Of a DNA stretch of 60,752 bases, positions 35,834-48,847 are shown piece after piece; within the stretch, counting starts at the first letter, position 1; every line of letters starts with the position of its first letter. The notes below the pieces were generated by a model. It was not told where the DNA came from. It saw only the letters and a program-made list of their open reading frames with translations, and did not search any database. Made by a program: the position numbers and the translations under genes. Origin of the DNA: Octopus bimaculoides (Eukaryota). The stretch covers positions 85,309,551 through 85,370,302 of the forward strand of contig NC_068983.1 of NCBI RefSeq assembly GCF_001194135.2, in the 5' to 3' direction.

Positions 35834-36039
35834 ATGATTAGGAAATCTTCAACCCTCATGCACTTTTGTCAGGGAAATCTCAAAATTTAACTAAGCAGGG
35901 GAAATTTCCAACAAATTGAAAATTGCAGTAGCAGATCAATGAAAATGTAGAGCAGATTGGAAATAGTAAAGATAAATAATATGAGATCAGTAGTGTGGTC
36001 AATGAATCCAGTAGTAGCAGCATCAGCAGCATCAGCAGC

Positions 36040-36094
<55 letters not shown>

Positions 36095-36270
36095 ACTAAT
36101 CTCAAGACTTCAGTGAGGCAGTTCAATTCACAACTGTATGATTTCAGATTCATTCTCATGGTGTAGCACTTATGGAAATCTTTTTTGCCATCAGACACAC
36201 ATATACATATGTGGTGATTGTTTCAACTACACAAATGACTGTTGTCACTCTGAGTTTTGTCATTGCCAAA
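36040..36270 (+). repeat. Local duplication, copy 1: (GTA)n plus decayed SINE-like segment
   Basis: About 85% identical by eye to 38305-38520. Confidence 0.85.
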
Positions 36271-36937
36271 GGCATTTCAGCTCAACCCTGACTGAGCAGA
36301 TCTTGTGATCAAAGATGTTCCAGCTAGAACCGTCACATTCATATTTTAGTACTGTATATATAGCATCAGATTATTCCACTGCACTAATGATTCGATTTTT
36401 TTAAACATAACTGGGTGTGATCTGAGAAAGATTAGGTTGCTATTTCTAACAGTCTGAACAGCTTACATTGAGGCTCTCTTATTGTTGGGTCATAATGTCC
36501 ATGTTAAGATAGCTTATGCTTGAGCGTTCCGTACTTCAAAAGTATATTCTATGTATGTATGTATGTATGAATGATCAAAGTTAATCAAATGTAAAACATG
36601 AGTTATTCGCAATTTTGCAGTGAGCAAGCAACAAGTGATTGTAAACAAAGCTGTTGAAGCAGTGTTTGGCAAATTATGATTATACAAATTTTGGTAGATT
36701 CTTAAATGCATTCTTCTCTCTCCTTCGTGCCCCTATCCCGGCTTCTATTTTATCTCAACACGTGTGTGTTTGTGTGCATGCAGGCACATGCTTATTTTGT
36801 GTACTAAAAAAATGAAGATGAAAAGATTTTTTAATTAAATATGCATCAGATAAGATTAGATTAGATAAAAACACAAAGAATTCATTACATATGTATAGAC
36901 ACACACACATATAAAACATACCTATATGATATACATA

Positions 36938-37000
<63 letters not shown>

Positions 37001-37558
37001 NNNNNNNNNNNNNNNNNNNNNNNNNNNNNNNNNNNNNNNNNNNNNNNNNNNNNNNNNNNNNNNNNNNNNNNNNNNNNNNNNNNNNNNNNNNNNNNNNNNN
37101 NNNNNNNNNNNNNNNNNNNNNNNNNNNNNNNNNNNNNNNNNNNNNNNNNNNNNNNNNNNNNNNNNNNNNNNNNNNNNNNNNNNNNNNNNNNNNNNNNNNN
37201 NNNNNNNNNNNNNNNNNNNNNNNNNNNNNNNNNNNNNNNNNNNNNNNNNNNNNNNNNNNNNNNNNNNNNNNNNNNNNNNNNNNNNNNNNNNNNNNNNNNN
37301 NNNNNNNNNNNNNNNNNNNNNNNNNNNNNNNNNNNNNNNNNNNNNNNNNNNNNNNNNNNNNNNNNNNNNNNNNNNNNNNNNNNNNNNNNNNNNNNNNNNN
37401 NNNNNNNNNNNNNNNNNNNNNNNNNNNNNNNNNNNNNNNNNNNNNNNNNNNNNNNNNNNNNNNNNNNNNNNNNNNNNNNNNNNNNNNNNNNNNNNNNNNN
37501 NNNNNNNNNNNNNNNNNNNNNNNNNNNNNNNNNNNNNNNNNNNNNNNNNNNNNNNNNN
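37001..37558. other. Assembly gap
   Basis: N run after (TA)n. Confidence 1.
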
Positions 37559-37719
37559 AATACAGAGACTCGCTGTTCGGACAGCTTGAAAGAATTTCTT
37601 AATTTGACAAACATTTATTTACCCCTGTACCATGCATGTGCTGTGTGTGAGGAGAGAGGGAGAGAGAGAGTTGAAAACGTAATTGGATATTAAAGGTATT
37701 GATCACAATGAGAAAGAAA

Positions 37720-38302
37720 ATGTCTGCATGTATATATATGACAGTGGGGACAATGTCATGGCAATGGTGCTGAGTGTGTAGCAAAAGGAATAGTGGTGGT
37801 ATGACAGAAGTAAGGATGGTAGGGGGATGACATAAGCAGTGAGTGGGGGGGGGGAACAGAAGTCGTAGTGAGTTGTGACAAAAGTAGTGAAGGTGGAGTA
37901 CCAAGAGGAATTACGGTGTGGTGGGTGTGGTATGACAGTTGTAATAACTATGTTCGTAGTGCTGATGCAAGAGCAACAGGGATTGTATATTAACTGTAGT
38001 GGTCATGGCGGTGGTAGTAGCATGACGACAACAACAATGGTGGTAGTGCTAATGGTCAATTGATAACAGAGAAAGTGATGGTTATTGTAATCACAAAATG
38101 GTTGTGTGGTGTTATAACAGTAGTAGTGATGGTGGTGGTGTTGTTATGATAGCGATTGATGTTGATGAGGATTATGTTATGGCAGCAGTAGTGGTAGTGG
38201 TACTGCTGCTGCTGTTGCTACTGTCAATCTTATAACAGTGATGGTGGTGATTTTATAACAGCAATGATGGTGTTATGACAGCTATGGTGGTGATTGCAGT
38301 GA

Positions 38303-38343
<41 letters not shown>

Positions 38344-38640
38344 ATGACTACTCTCAGGACTTCAGTGAGGCAGTTCAATTCACAACTGTATGATTTCAGA
38401 TTCATTCGCATCGTGTGGCACTTTTGGAAATGTTTTCTGCCATCAGACACACATACACTTACATGGTGACTGCTCCAACTACACAAACGATTGATGTCTC
38501 TCTGAGCTTTGTCACTGCCATAGTGGTGGTGTTATTATGACAGCTGTGATGTAATGCTGGTGTTTACATGGCAATGATGATGGTGATAGAGGTAACAACA
38601 ACAGCATCAACAGTGAGCAACTGCAGCAGCACTTGTAATC
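37720..38640. repeat. Degenerate (GTG/GTA/GAT)n low-complexity tract
   Basis: Visible trinucleotide periodicity. Confidence 0.8.
38305..38520 (+). repeat. Local duplication, copy 2
   Basis: Shares gacttcagtgaggcagttcaattcacaactgtatgatttcagattcattc exactly with copy 1. Confidence 0.85.
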
Positions 38641-38721
38641 ATGACAGTGGCAGCTAAAATGATAAACTGTCATTTACACACAGTGTGTGCGCGTGCAAGC
38701 ACGTGCACGCTTATGTGTACA

Positions 38722-38755
<34 letters not shown>

Positions 38756-39629
38756 CACGTTTGTGCGTGTTGTTGTAAGAAATCTCTTTTTAATAGTTGT
38801 GATGAGTTGGTCACATCCCTTAACAGAAATTGATAAACATAGCATATAAGCAAACATCCATCCCTTTAACTATCAAAAGACTACCATTGAAAATAATATA
38901 CATTCTTCTTTTCCATCTTATCTACAACCTGCAATGCCCCATCTACACTTTGGAATATTTTTTCTCTTTTTTTCTTTTAGTTTTCCCTTTTTTTTTTTTT
39001 CAGCCTGACAGAACAACAGACCATCTTGAGCATTTGACATTTTCTTGTCTTCTTTCTCGGACTTGCAATTATAGAATTCTTTCAAATGACAACTTTGAAA
39101 AGAACTGCACAACACAATAGTGTTTTGTTGACATTTCTAGAGTTTCTATTTTAATCTTTATAGAATATGGCTAGCAGCTCTAACATCACCATCCATCAAA
39201 CAGAATTGTCACATTCTTTCAGCTTATGTCTCAATAATGTGTGTGTGTGTGTGTGTGTACGTGAATTTTGTTATCCTTTCTTTTTATAACAAAATTTTGT
39301 ATGAAGTTGTCATTAACGAGTTGTAAAGCGATAATAGAAATGACTAGTAAATTAATTACACAGGAGAAAATGTTATGTTTGCAAGATAGTTTTAAATGCA
39401 TTTAAACATGCCAAGCAATTAAAAAGTTCACATCTGCTACTGACAGTACCAGTGAATTCAGTTTGGCCCTTTCGGTCAGCAGCTAGTCCAGTGATAATGA
39501 TACTGGTGACAACGGCAATAATGTTACTTGTGGTGATAATGACAGTAATAGCAATAATATAGAAGATACCTAACTGCATTCAGATAAACTCATGCCACAC
39601 TATTCCAAGATCAAATAAACTTTACACTA

Positions 39630-39850
39630 TAGCGAGAAAAATGTTTCTGGCAGAATCGTTAGCATTCCAGGTGAAATGCTTATAGGTATTTCACCCATCT
39701 TTATACTCTGCATTCAAATTCCGCCAAAGTCAACTTTGACTTTCATCCTTTCGGGGACAATAAAATAAGTACCAGTTGAGTACTGGGGTTGATGTAATCA
39801 ACTAACCCCATCCTCCAAATTTCAGGCCTTGTGTCTATAGTAGAAAGGAT
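39630..39850 (+). mobile_element. SINE family B copy
   Basis: Collinear with 45915-46132. Confidence 0.8.
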
Positions 39851-40409
39851 TATATTTTGACTTATTATTAACCCCACACAAGTAAGTAAATGCACATTTA
39901 CATGAGGCATATTTACTCACACAAGTTCTCGCTCTCTCACACACACACACACACACTTGCCACTGCCAAAGTATAAAATTTCTCTCCAAAGCTGAATATC
40001 ATAATACAAGAACTGCTATACCAAAGTTCCAAGTTCAAAATATGGTTGCTTTAAGTATATTTGTCTGAGCCATTGTAGAAAATTTGCTAACATCAACTTA
40101 ATTTTGCTTTCATTTGTTTGTTGTTACCCCACTGTCTCCCAACATGATGCAAACAACATTTATCTATTTTAAATCTACCATGCCAATAATGAACTGAACT
40201 GTTAATTAAAACAGATATTTTGATAAATTGACAAATGGAAAATTGTATATTTCTCCTTAATATCAATTAGTTTTATATGAACAATGAGTCAAGCTCATTC
40301 CTCACAAAGGTAGGCAGTAATGTGTCAGAGTGTTTGCGAACCACAGGAGATCCAGAATATTCTCACTTGGCTTTGATTTATAAGTGAAACTGTGGTTGTG
40401 GCCTTTACC

Positions 40410-40615
40410 GGTGACACATAAAAGGCACCTGTACAGGCGACACGCAAAAGGTACCCTGTACACTCTGTAGCGTGGTTGGCATAAGGAAGGGCATCCAGCC
40501 ATAGAAACCAAGCTAAAACAGGCTATAGAACCTAGTGCAGCTCTCTGGTTTACCAGCTCCAGGCAAGCCATCTAATTCATGCCAGCATGGAAAATGGACA
40601 TATGATGGTGATGAA
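40410..40615 (+). mobile_element. RTE-type 3'-tail element
   Basis: gtggttggcataaggaagggcatccagcc...catgccagcatggaaaatggac. Confidence 0.75.
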
Positions 40616-41643
40616 GAGTCAAAATGCTGCTGGTTAAAACAATCAATCACAAGAAAATTTCTTAGATCTCGTATTTATCTTTGATTATAGGTCTATTCAA
40701 TCAGGGTTGATATGGAAGTTAAAACAACAATTATACCTAAATGTTCTGAAGAGCCAATGCAGAAACCTCAATGTGATCACATTAACTGTTAAAAAATAGC
40801 AACCTGATCTTTGTTAATCACACTACAGTCTTCAATACAATGAGCCTGAATAAAAGGTAGAATGGTTAACATTGAAGTATCTTTGACCATAGATCTGCTT
40901 GATCAAAGATGACATGGAGGCTAAACAACAACTAGACAATTTGAGGGACAATGAATAAAATAAACATACTATCTAGAGACAACATGAAAATGAAATCAAA
41001 GAGAAATTCTACAGTCGTTTGTCCAGTTAGAAATGACAGCTAAATTTTCCTCAAACCTAGCTTTACTGTGTAAAAAAACCAACACACCAGATAATGTAGC
41101 CAAAAGACATTAGCTCTCAAAAAGAAAGATATAATATAGTCCCAGGTAGAACAGGTCTTTTGAAACAGATTATCTAGTACTAAACAGCAATATTGGAGTT
41201 GTAGTCGCAATAGTATGGTGGCATGTGATGTAACAGCACATCACTGCATCCACCATTTGTTGGTGATTCCTCACTCCTGACAGATAACACCTTTGCTCCT
41301 CTCAGGCGACAACCCTCTAACCCATGGATCTGTTTGAGTTACTTGCTGTTGATGAGAGTTTATGAGGTCGGAGTGCAAATCCTACCTCAACTTCTTTTAG
41401 TCATCCTTTTATGACTTGCAGAGGACAATGTTGAGTCTATTCTTTGACATACCTGGTACTCGCACAACAGTAGAGCATTGTGAAATGTAGTGTTTTGCTC
41501 AAGAATACAACACGCTGCCCAGTCCACAAAATGATCAGGCAATCATGAGTGCAACACCCTAACCACTAGGTTACAGGCCTTAAAAAACAAAACAATTTGG
41601 CAGCTAGAAACTGTGTGGAAACTTGATATGTGCATGCACATGC

Positions 41644-41688
<45 letters not shown>

Positions 41689-42216
41689 NNNNNNNNNNNN
41701 NNNNNNNNNNNNNNNNNNNNNNNNNNNNNNNNNNNNNNNNNNNNNNNNNNNNNNNNNNNNNNNNNNNNNNNNNNNNNNNNNNNNNNNNNNNNNNNNNNNN
41801 NNNNNNNNNNNNNNNNNNNNNNNNNNNNNNNNNNNNNNNNNNNNNNNNNNNNNNNNNNNNNNNNNNNNNNNNNNNNNNNNNNNNNNNNNNNNNNNNNNNN
41901 NNNNNNNNNNNNNNNNNNNNNNNNNNNNNNNNNNNNNNNNNNNNNNNNNNNNNNNNNNNNNNNNNNNNNNNNNNNNNNNNNNNNNNNNNNNNNNNNNNNN
42001 NNNNNNNNNNNNNNNNNNNNNNNNNNNNNNNNNNNNNNNNNNNNNNNNNNNNNNNNNNNNNNNNNNNNNNNNNNNNNNNNNNNNNNNNNNNNNNNNNNNN
42101 NNNNNNNNNNNNNNNNNNNNNNNNNNNNNNNNNNNNNNNNNNNNNNNNNNNNNNNNNNNNNNNNNNNNNNNNNNNNNNNNNNNNNNNNNNNNNNNNNNNN
42201 NNNNNNNNNNNNNNNN
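41689..42216. other. Assembly gap
   Basis: N run between (GA)n and (TA)n. Confidence 1.
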
Positions 42217-42235
42217 ATATATATATATATATAGA

Positions 42236-42386
42236 GGGAGAATTCACAAAAAACCCCAACAAAAGATGAAGACAGGTGGTGTAGAAAACAAACAGATGTA
42301 TTAGTATAACGCTTGGAAAGTGAGAAAATCTTTAACGCTTCGATCCTACATTCTCTCTCTCTCTCTCTCTCTCTCCCTCCCTCTCC

Positions 42387-42419
<33 letters not shown>

Positions 42420-42560
42420 GTTCACATTTACAGAAAACAAAGAACGAACACAGGTAAAGGAACAACAAGCAGGTGTATTAGTTTAACGCTCAGGAAGAAT
42501 GGAAAAGTCTTTGGCATTTTGAGCCTAAACTCTTTGACAGAAAGGATTGAGAGGGGGGGA
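42236..42560 (-). mobile_element. Two degenerate copies of the 8.9-kb hammerhead-bearing short element, separated by (CT)n(AT)n
   Basis: The reverse complement matches unit 1 at 8941-9080 (cttcctgagcgttaaactaatacacctg...). Cores are decayed: CTGTCAAAGAGTTTAGGCTCAAAATGCC and ...GTAGGATCGAAGCGTT. Confidence 0.65.
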
Positions 42561-42759
42561 AAAAAAGGAGAGAGGAAACAATGTGTAGGGATTAATGGTT
42601 CAACATGGTGAAATGGCTGGAAGAAAGAAGCTGAGTGAAAAGGAGATAACACTGACCTGGCCAAACTAGGGTGCACAAGTGCATGTGTGAATGTGAGAAT
42701 GGTGTGAGTGTGTATGTGTGAATAGGGGCAAGTGTGTAAGTATGTATGTGTGGGCGAGA

Positions 42760-42920
42760 CAGGCTTCTTTCAGTTGCTGTCTACCAAATCCACTCACAAG
42801 GCTTTGCTCAGTCTGAGGCTATAGTAGAAGACATTTGCCCAAACTGTCACACAGTGGGATTGAACCTGGAACCATGCAGTTGGGAAGTAAGCTTCTTACC
42901 ACACAGCTACACCTGTGCCT
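42760..42920 (-). mobile_element. SINE family A copy
   Basis: Reverse complement of 1-160. Confidence 0.8.
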
Positions 42921-44371
42921 AAAAAATTCAATTTTTATGCGTAAGGTTTAAATTCAGTCTTTGAAAGCATGGACGGTGATAGTTATGGACAAGTTGTGCA
43001 GATCAGCAAACATTGCCAGAAAAGCATGGGCAACTCTAATCCACTTGATCGATACACATAGGTTTAATTAACCTTATTCACTTATCTTTAACACTCAGTG
43101 TAGGAGGACCTAAAAATAAATACTTAGCTTTGCTCTGCTTCCACAGTCAAACATCAACAACAACAATGGCCACAACAATCACAACAAAACACCAATCACA
43201 ATAAAACTGAAAATAGACTATCAAAAGTTTGGCATAGAGCAAAACATGTGATATGGTGATTGGTGATTGGCTGAATGCTAATGATGATGTAGAATGTAAA
43301 TAGTATTCTTCTTCTTCTTCTTCTTCTTATTATTATTATTAACAAAAACAACAATGTGATGATGAATCTGGAAAGCTAAAAATCTGTAACCATGTCCAAA
43401 CAGTAGTTGGAAACAAAACAGAAATATCAGCTTCACAAATGAGGTACATCTAAAAAGAGAATATAAACAAATACATAAATGAATATAATCCACGGCGCAG
43501 TTTATGCAAATTGACTAAAACTATAGCAGTCCAGAAAGGATGTTGAGAAGGTTAGCAATTCTATAACTGTTCTGCTTTGCTTTTTATAAAACTATGTTCT
43601 GTAGAATAACTGCAAAAAAATTTTTCATAACAATGGTACTTTCATTACTAATGCTTTTTGTAGTTAATTCTTAACTATCATAACTAGAATTTTAATTTAT
43701 ATTACGCAGGCAGTAGAACAAAAGATCAAATACCAACCAGTATCTAGTTTCTATGATGCGAGTTCAAAAATCTAGCCTAGAACAATCATATCTTTCACCC
43801 CCTCCTACAGTTGATAAAAGAACTTATCAGGCATATACTGAAGTCAATATAATCAGCTGTTAACAACATCAACAATACCATCAACACCATGACGACGACG
43901 ACCACCATCAATAAAGGAGCCTTTACATGATCACTCAACCTGTTAGAAACATCATCAAAATTCTATCAGACCAAACCAGCCATCCTAATGAAGAAACGAT
44001 ACACTGGACATAATACTTCTAGATATACAAACAGTGGGGAGGGATTGCCGTAACTGGAATGCCTCTGATCATATTTCTGCTCTATCAGACTTGACCTGGG
44101 GTTACACAAAAAAACAACTCTAATCCATTATAACCACCATTATCTGCTTAACATTTATTATTATTAATCCAAACCATAAATAAATCTATCCTTATCCACT
44201 GATGCACTAATTATATCTTATTAACGATAACACAATTACATTTTGTAAGAAGCACAGAAGAATAGGTGGTAAATACCAAGCAAATGAAGATGGCAACCTA
44301 GGTTTAACTGCAAGTGCAACTATAATCCATTTATGCAACCAATAATCAAAAGAAAAACAAGAACATAACTT

Positions 44372-44810
44372 CCATTGGCTAACTAATGATCAGAGAAAAA
44401 AAGACCATTAGCTAACTAGTGATCAAAGGAAATACATAAACACAACTTCTATTGCCTAACTAATGATCAGAAGAGAAACTATTGACTAACTAATGATCAA
44501 AGCAAAGTCATAAATATAACTTCCATCAGCTAACTAATGATCAGAAGAAAGACCATTGGCTAACTAATGATCAGAGGAAAGACCATTGGCTAACTAACGA
44601 TCAGAAGAAAGACCATTGGTTAACGAATGATCAAACAAAAATCATAAATACAACTTCCATTGGCTAACTAATGATGAGAAGAAAGAGCATTGGCTAACTA
44701 ATGATCAAAGGAAAGTCATAACACCACTTACATTGGCTAACTAATGATCAGAGGGTAGACCATTGGCTAATTAATGATCAGAAGAAAGATTGTTGACTAA
44801 TGGCTAAAGG
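44372..44810. repeat. Higher-order minisatellite with 21-bp core CCATTGGCTAACTAATGATCA
   Basis: Twelve cores plus one degenerate. Start-to-start spacings are 33, 44, 30, 44, 30, 30, 30, 44, 30, 43, 30, 30, with two recurring spacer types. Confidence 0.92.
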
Positions 44811-45539
44811 AATGAAATAAACAAACCCACTTATAGCTTCCCTTCCAGTCAGGTCCATACAGTTGATCATTTATAGATGGAATATTGATCTTTAATTACA
44901 TATTACCAATATTAAACTCGAGGTGTAATGAAAGCACTTATGGGTGATTGAGTCATCACCAGAAAATAAATCTTCATATAGAATGGGCCACCCATGGATA
45001 AGCCTGGTGGGATCTATGTCTAGGTTTTGGAGAATTTCTGAAAATTGCAGGTATAAGGGGAAAAAAAGTGAAATGGGAATCAAACTACACAATGATGCTC
45101 ACACCACTATTAATAAACTCTTTATTCTAATACTTTATTTCTGCACCACTTACTTTTCGATCCTGTTAGAATCAACTTTCATTGTTCAGTGATCAATATA
45201 GCAGTCAAATACAGATGTAAAACTGACTTGAACATGCCTCTGTGCCTTGTACCAATTGATGGCCCAGTGCCAATTTATGGCCTTGTGCCAATCTTGAAAA
45301 TTATTGTCATTATTATCTTATTAGTAGTAATCTTTTTGGTAGTCTCTCAAGGTTGAGAAAGATGAACTTGCCCAGTCCAGATGAAACATTTGTAGTGACC
45401 AAATGTTTGTGCTGTGCATAAGCTCACTCTCTCCATTAAATCAATGATGCATGTACAGGTGCATATCACACCATGTGTCAGATGTCAAGGTGATCACATT
45501 CGTAGTAGTAGTAATAGTAGTAGTAGCAGCAGAAGCATA

Positions 45540-46600
45540 CTGTTGAATTGGCAGAATCATCTGAACATTGAAAAAATGTCTTTTAATATTTTCTCCTATT
45601 TCTTCTAATATTTTACATTCTGAGTTCAAATACCACCAAGGCCAACTTTGTTTTCCATTCTTTTTGGGTATCACTAAAATAGAGTACCAATCAAGAAGTA
45701 CTGAGGTTGATGGTATCGACTGATAACTTCCCTTCATCATAATTACTGGCCTTATGCCTAAGTCAGAAACAATTATTACAGCAGTGGATTGTCAGTCTTT
45801 AGAGAGTGTCAGAAAAAATGCCTTGCAGTATTTCTTTCAGTTCTTAATATTCCAAGTTGAGTACCAGGGTCAGTGTAAAATTTCAAGATTTCAAGCCTTT
45901 ATTTCTATTATTAAGGTGGCGAGCTGGCAGAAACATTAGCATGCCAGGCGAAATGCTTAGTGGTAATTTGTCTGTCTGCCTTTATGTTCTGAGTTCAAAT
46001 CCTGCCAAGGTCAACTTTGCCTTTCATCCTTTCGGGGGTTGATAAATTAAGTACCAGTTGTGTACTGGGGTCAATTTAATCGACTGGCTCCCTCCTCAAA
46101 AATTCCAAGTCTTGTGCCTAGAGTAGAAAAGGCTATTATTACTATTATTATTATTATCATCAATGGTGGTGCTCCAGCATGACCACAGCTTTAAAGCTGA
46201 AATACTTTAAAGATATCTAAAGATATCATATATTGGCAGAATCATTAGAACATCAAGCAAAATGCCTTGCAGTATTTGTTTGAGTTCTTTACATTCCAAA
46301 TCAAAATATCACCAAGATCAATTTTTATCAATCCTCCTTCTGGGGTAGATAAAATAAAGTACCAGTAAGATACCAGGACCAATTTAAATGACCAGCCTTT
46401 TACTTTAAATCTCTAGCCTTGTACTTATGAGAGAAATTCTTATTAGCAGAAATGGCAATGTACTGAGAAAAATAAAAAGGATTTTTCCTCCTGCTTTTCC
46501 AATATCTGTGTAAGAAATACCAGTCGAGTACTAGGGGTCTGAATAATCAACTGATCCACCTTCATTTTGTAATTTGTAGCTTCGTACTCAGATTAGAACT
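45540..46600 (+). mobile_element. Head-to-tail cluster of about five SINE family B copies
   Basis: Repeated ggcagaa...ttcaaat...agtaccagt modules separated by ATT-rich tails. The best-preserved copy is 45915-46132. Confidence 0.8.
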
Positions 46601-46899
46601 TACCAACATTATTATTGCTATCGTCATTGGCATTAATATTATAGAACAGGTGTTGCAGTGATTATTACAGAGTTGGTCATAAACCCAAACCTTATGAGTA
46701 CCATTATGTTGTGCCTTTGAGGAAAGCAAATAATCTTCTGCTAACTCTCCAGTTTGCCTGAATGAGCACAGAGCAGATTCTATCTCTGCTTTACAGCTGA
46801 ACAGCTAACAGAAAGAGAGAGAGGAAACCAAGTGTAAAAAAACAATTACTCCAATATAAGGCCATCCACTGACTTAAGCAAGGAAAATTTGTGATTAAA

Positions 46900-47180
46900 C
46901 AATGATGAAGGAGGAGGAGGAGGAGGAGAAAAAGAAAGTGGAGAAAAGAGAAGATGAGAAAGAGAAGAAAAGGGAAGATGAGAAGAGAAGAAAAAGAAAA
47001 GGGAGAAGGAAGGAGAGAAGAAAAAGGAAACAGGGAAGATAGAAAGAAGAGAGTAGGAAGAGAAGAAAAACGAAAGAAAGAGGAAGAGGAGGAGGAGAAA
47101 GAGAAAATGAAAAACAAACAGAAGAAAGAAAAAAGAGAGAAAAGGGAATAAAGAAAAAGAAACAGGAGAGGAGGAGGATT
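46900..47180. repeat. Polypurine (GA-rich) tract
   Basis: Almost pure A/G on the + strand. Similar tracts at 10995-11165 and 53150-53490. Confidence 0.9.
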
Positions 47181-47489
47181 CATGGTGTAAAAGTGTATGC
47201 CTTCATAATCTAAATTCAAATCTCAGAAAAACGAACTATTCATTCAAATATTCAAACTTTTATTTTGATTCAGCTCTTCTTAGTATTATTACTGATTATA
47301 TCAGAACAGTGTCATAACTGGTGGAGCATTAGACAAAAATGCTGCTTGGTGCTTAATCATGTTTTTGTGCCTGAAGATGGAATCCTGCCAAGGTTAGAGT
47401 TTTGTTGCAAAGTCCTAAAGTTAATAAACTAAGTACCAATCAAATACTGGGTTTAATTAAAACCACATCTCCATTTCAGCCCAACATGT

Positions 47490-47720
47490 ATACACCATCG
47501 TCATCATCACTTTTACATCCACTTTTCCATGTTGCATGGGTTGGGTGGGAATTCATTGAGAGAAGTTTTCTACGACCAACAGGATACCACCAGCCCTTAT
47601 CTGTTTTCAAGCAAGGTAACATTTCCCAATGGGCTGATATGTTTTTCACAAAAGACTGGAAATGAACAACATTGCTTGTATGACAACCATACTTATTTAC
47701 AACCCTCTTATGATTTCAAG
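47490..47720 (-). mobile_element. Family D repeat copy
   Basis: Collinear with 12870-13110. Confidence 0.65.
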
Positions 47721-47739
47721 ATAGGCAGGCAAATACACG

Positions 47740-47920
47740 TGCGCGTGAGTGCAATTGGATTCTTTCAGTTTCCATCTACCAAATTCATCTATAATTTGGT
47801 AGATGGCTAATGATTGGCCAATGGCTATAGCAAAAGACACTCGTCAAAGATACCATCCAGAGAGACTGAACCCAAAACCATGTGGGTGGGAAGCAAGCTT
47901 CCTAACTACACATCTATGCC
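47740..47920 (-). mobile_element. SINE family A copy
   Basis: Reverse complement of 1-160. Confidence 0.75.
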
Positions 47921-48502
47921 AGCAATAATGCTGTGTGGTTTTGTAAATATGCAATAGATTATCATTATGCAATAGCCGACTGCCTAGGTTCAAATCTTTC
48001 TATGGCTTATTTTGCCCTTCATTCTTCCATGGAAGATATATATATTACACCAGTAAGATACTGTGATCAAATTATTTAATTATACATCTCTTCTAAAAAA
48101 ATTGACCTTTCAAACAACAATTCAAAATTAAAATAAATCATTGCTTTTTGCAGTTGTTATCGCAATCCAGAAAAATTGAAAATAACAGTAATACGTCATT
48201 GTTTCAAGTGACCATGAAATCTTTCCTAAAAAGCAACCAAAACAAGAATAAAAAAATCATCATCATCATCATCAGCACAAGCCTCTATACAGTTTTACAA
48301 CCAACTAAAAGTGGTGATTTAAATATCTTTACAGTGTACAGTAAACTGGGATTTTTTTTTTTTGTAAAAAAAAAAGAGAAAAGAGCAAAACATTTTTTAA
48401 CCATTTAGTTGTAAACATTCATGATCCTTTATTCTTCAGGACTTCTGAGATTGATGGCAGGAAGTTATCCACAAACTAGAGATTTGTTCCCTTGATCTAA
48501 AT

Positions 48503-48847
48503 CAGGGTTTCTCAGTCATTTTTCTATCTATGGACCCCTTTGATTACTATTTTATTCTGGTGGACCCCCACCCAATAGCCATTCAATGTTTAAAAACTAG
48601 TTTTATAGAACCTTCTTTCAAAATTCCTATTTTGTTTTTCTCACATTAACTTGCTTAGGTTAAACTATGTAAAATGTTAGAAAAAGAAACCAAGCTGTTT
48701 CTTCCAATACATACATCTAAAGCTAAACTTTTTCAGGCTCCCTTAAAATACTATTGTGAGTCCCCAATTTATGATTTTATTCTGTGGAACCCCAAAAATC
48801 TTATATGGACCTACAGGGGTTGTATGGACCCCAGTTAAGAACCACTG
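48503..48847. mobile_element. hAT (Charlie-like) MITE
   Basis: Imperfect TIRs CAGGGTTTCTCA and TAAGAACCACTG, internal repeated tggacccc motifs, and 8-bp flanks atctaaat and gtgtaatt (partly matching). Confidence 0.6.

Noticed and set aside
44372-44810. CRISPR-like appearance (conserved 21-bp repeat with intervening sequences)
   Set aside because: Spacers are only 9 or about 23 nt and recur as two types rather than being unique. There are no cas genes, and the context is a eukaryotic intron-rich locus.
46791-47219. Lys/Glu/Arg-rich and Phe/Ser/Leu-rich ORFs (also 10810-11192 and 53106-53633)
   Set aside because: These are translations of polypurine/polypyrimidine tracts, with no splice or homology support.
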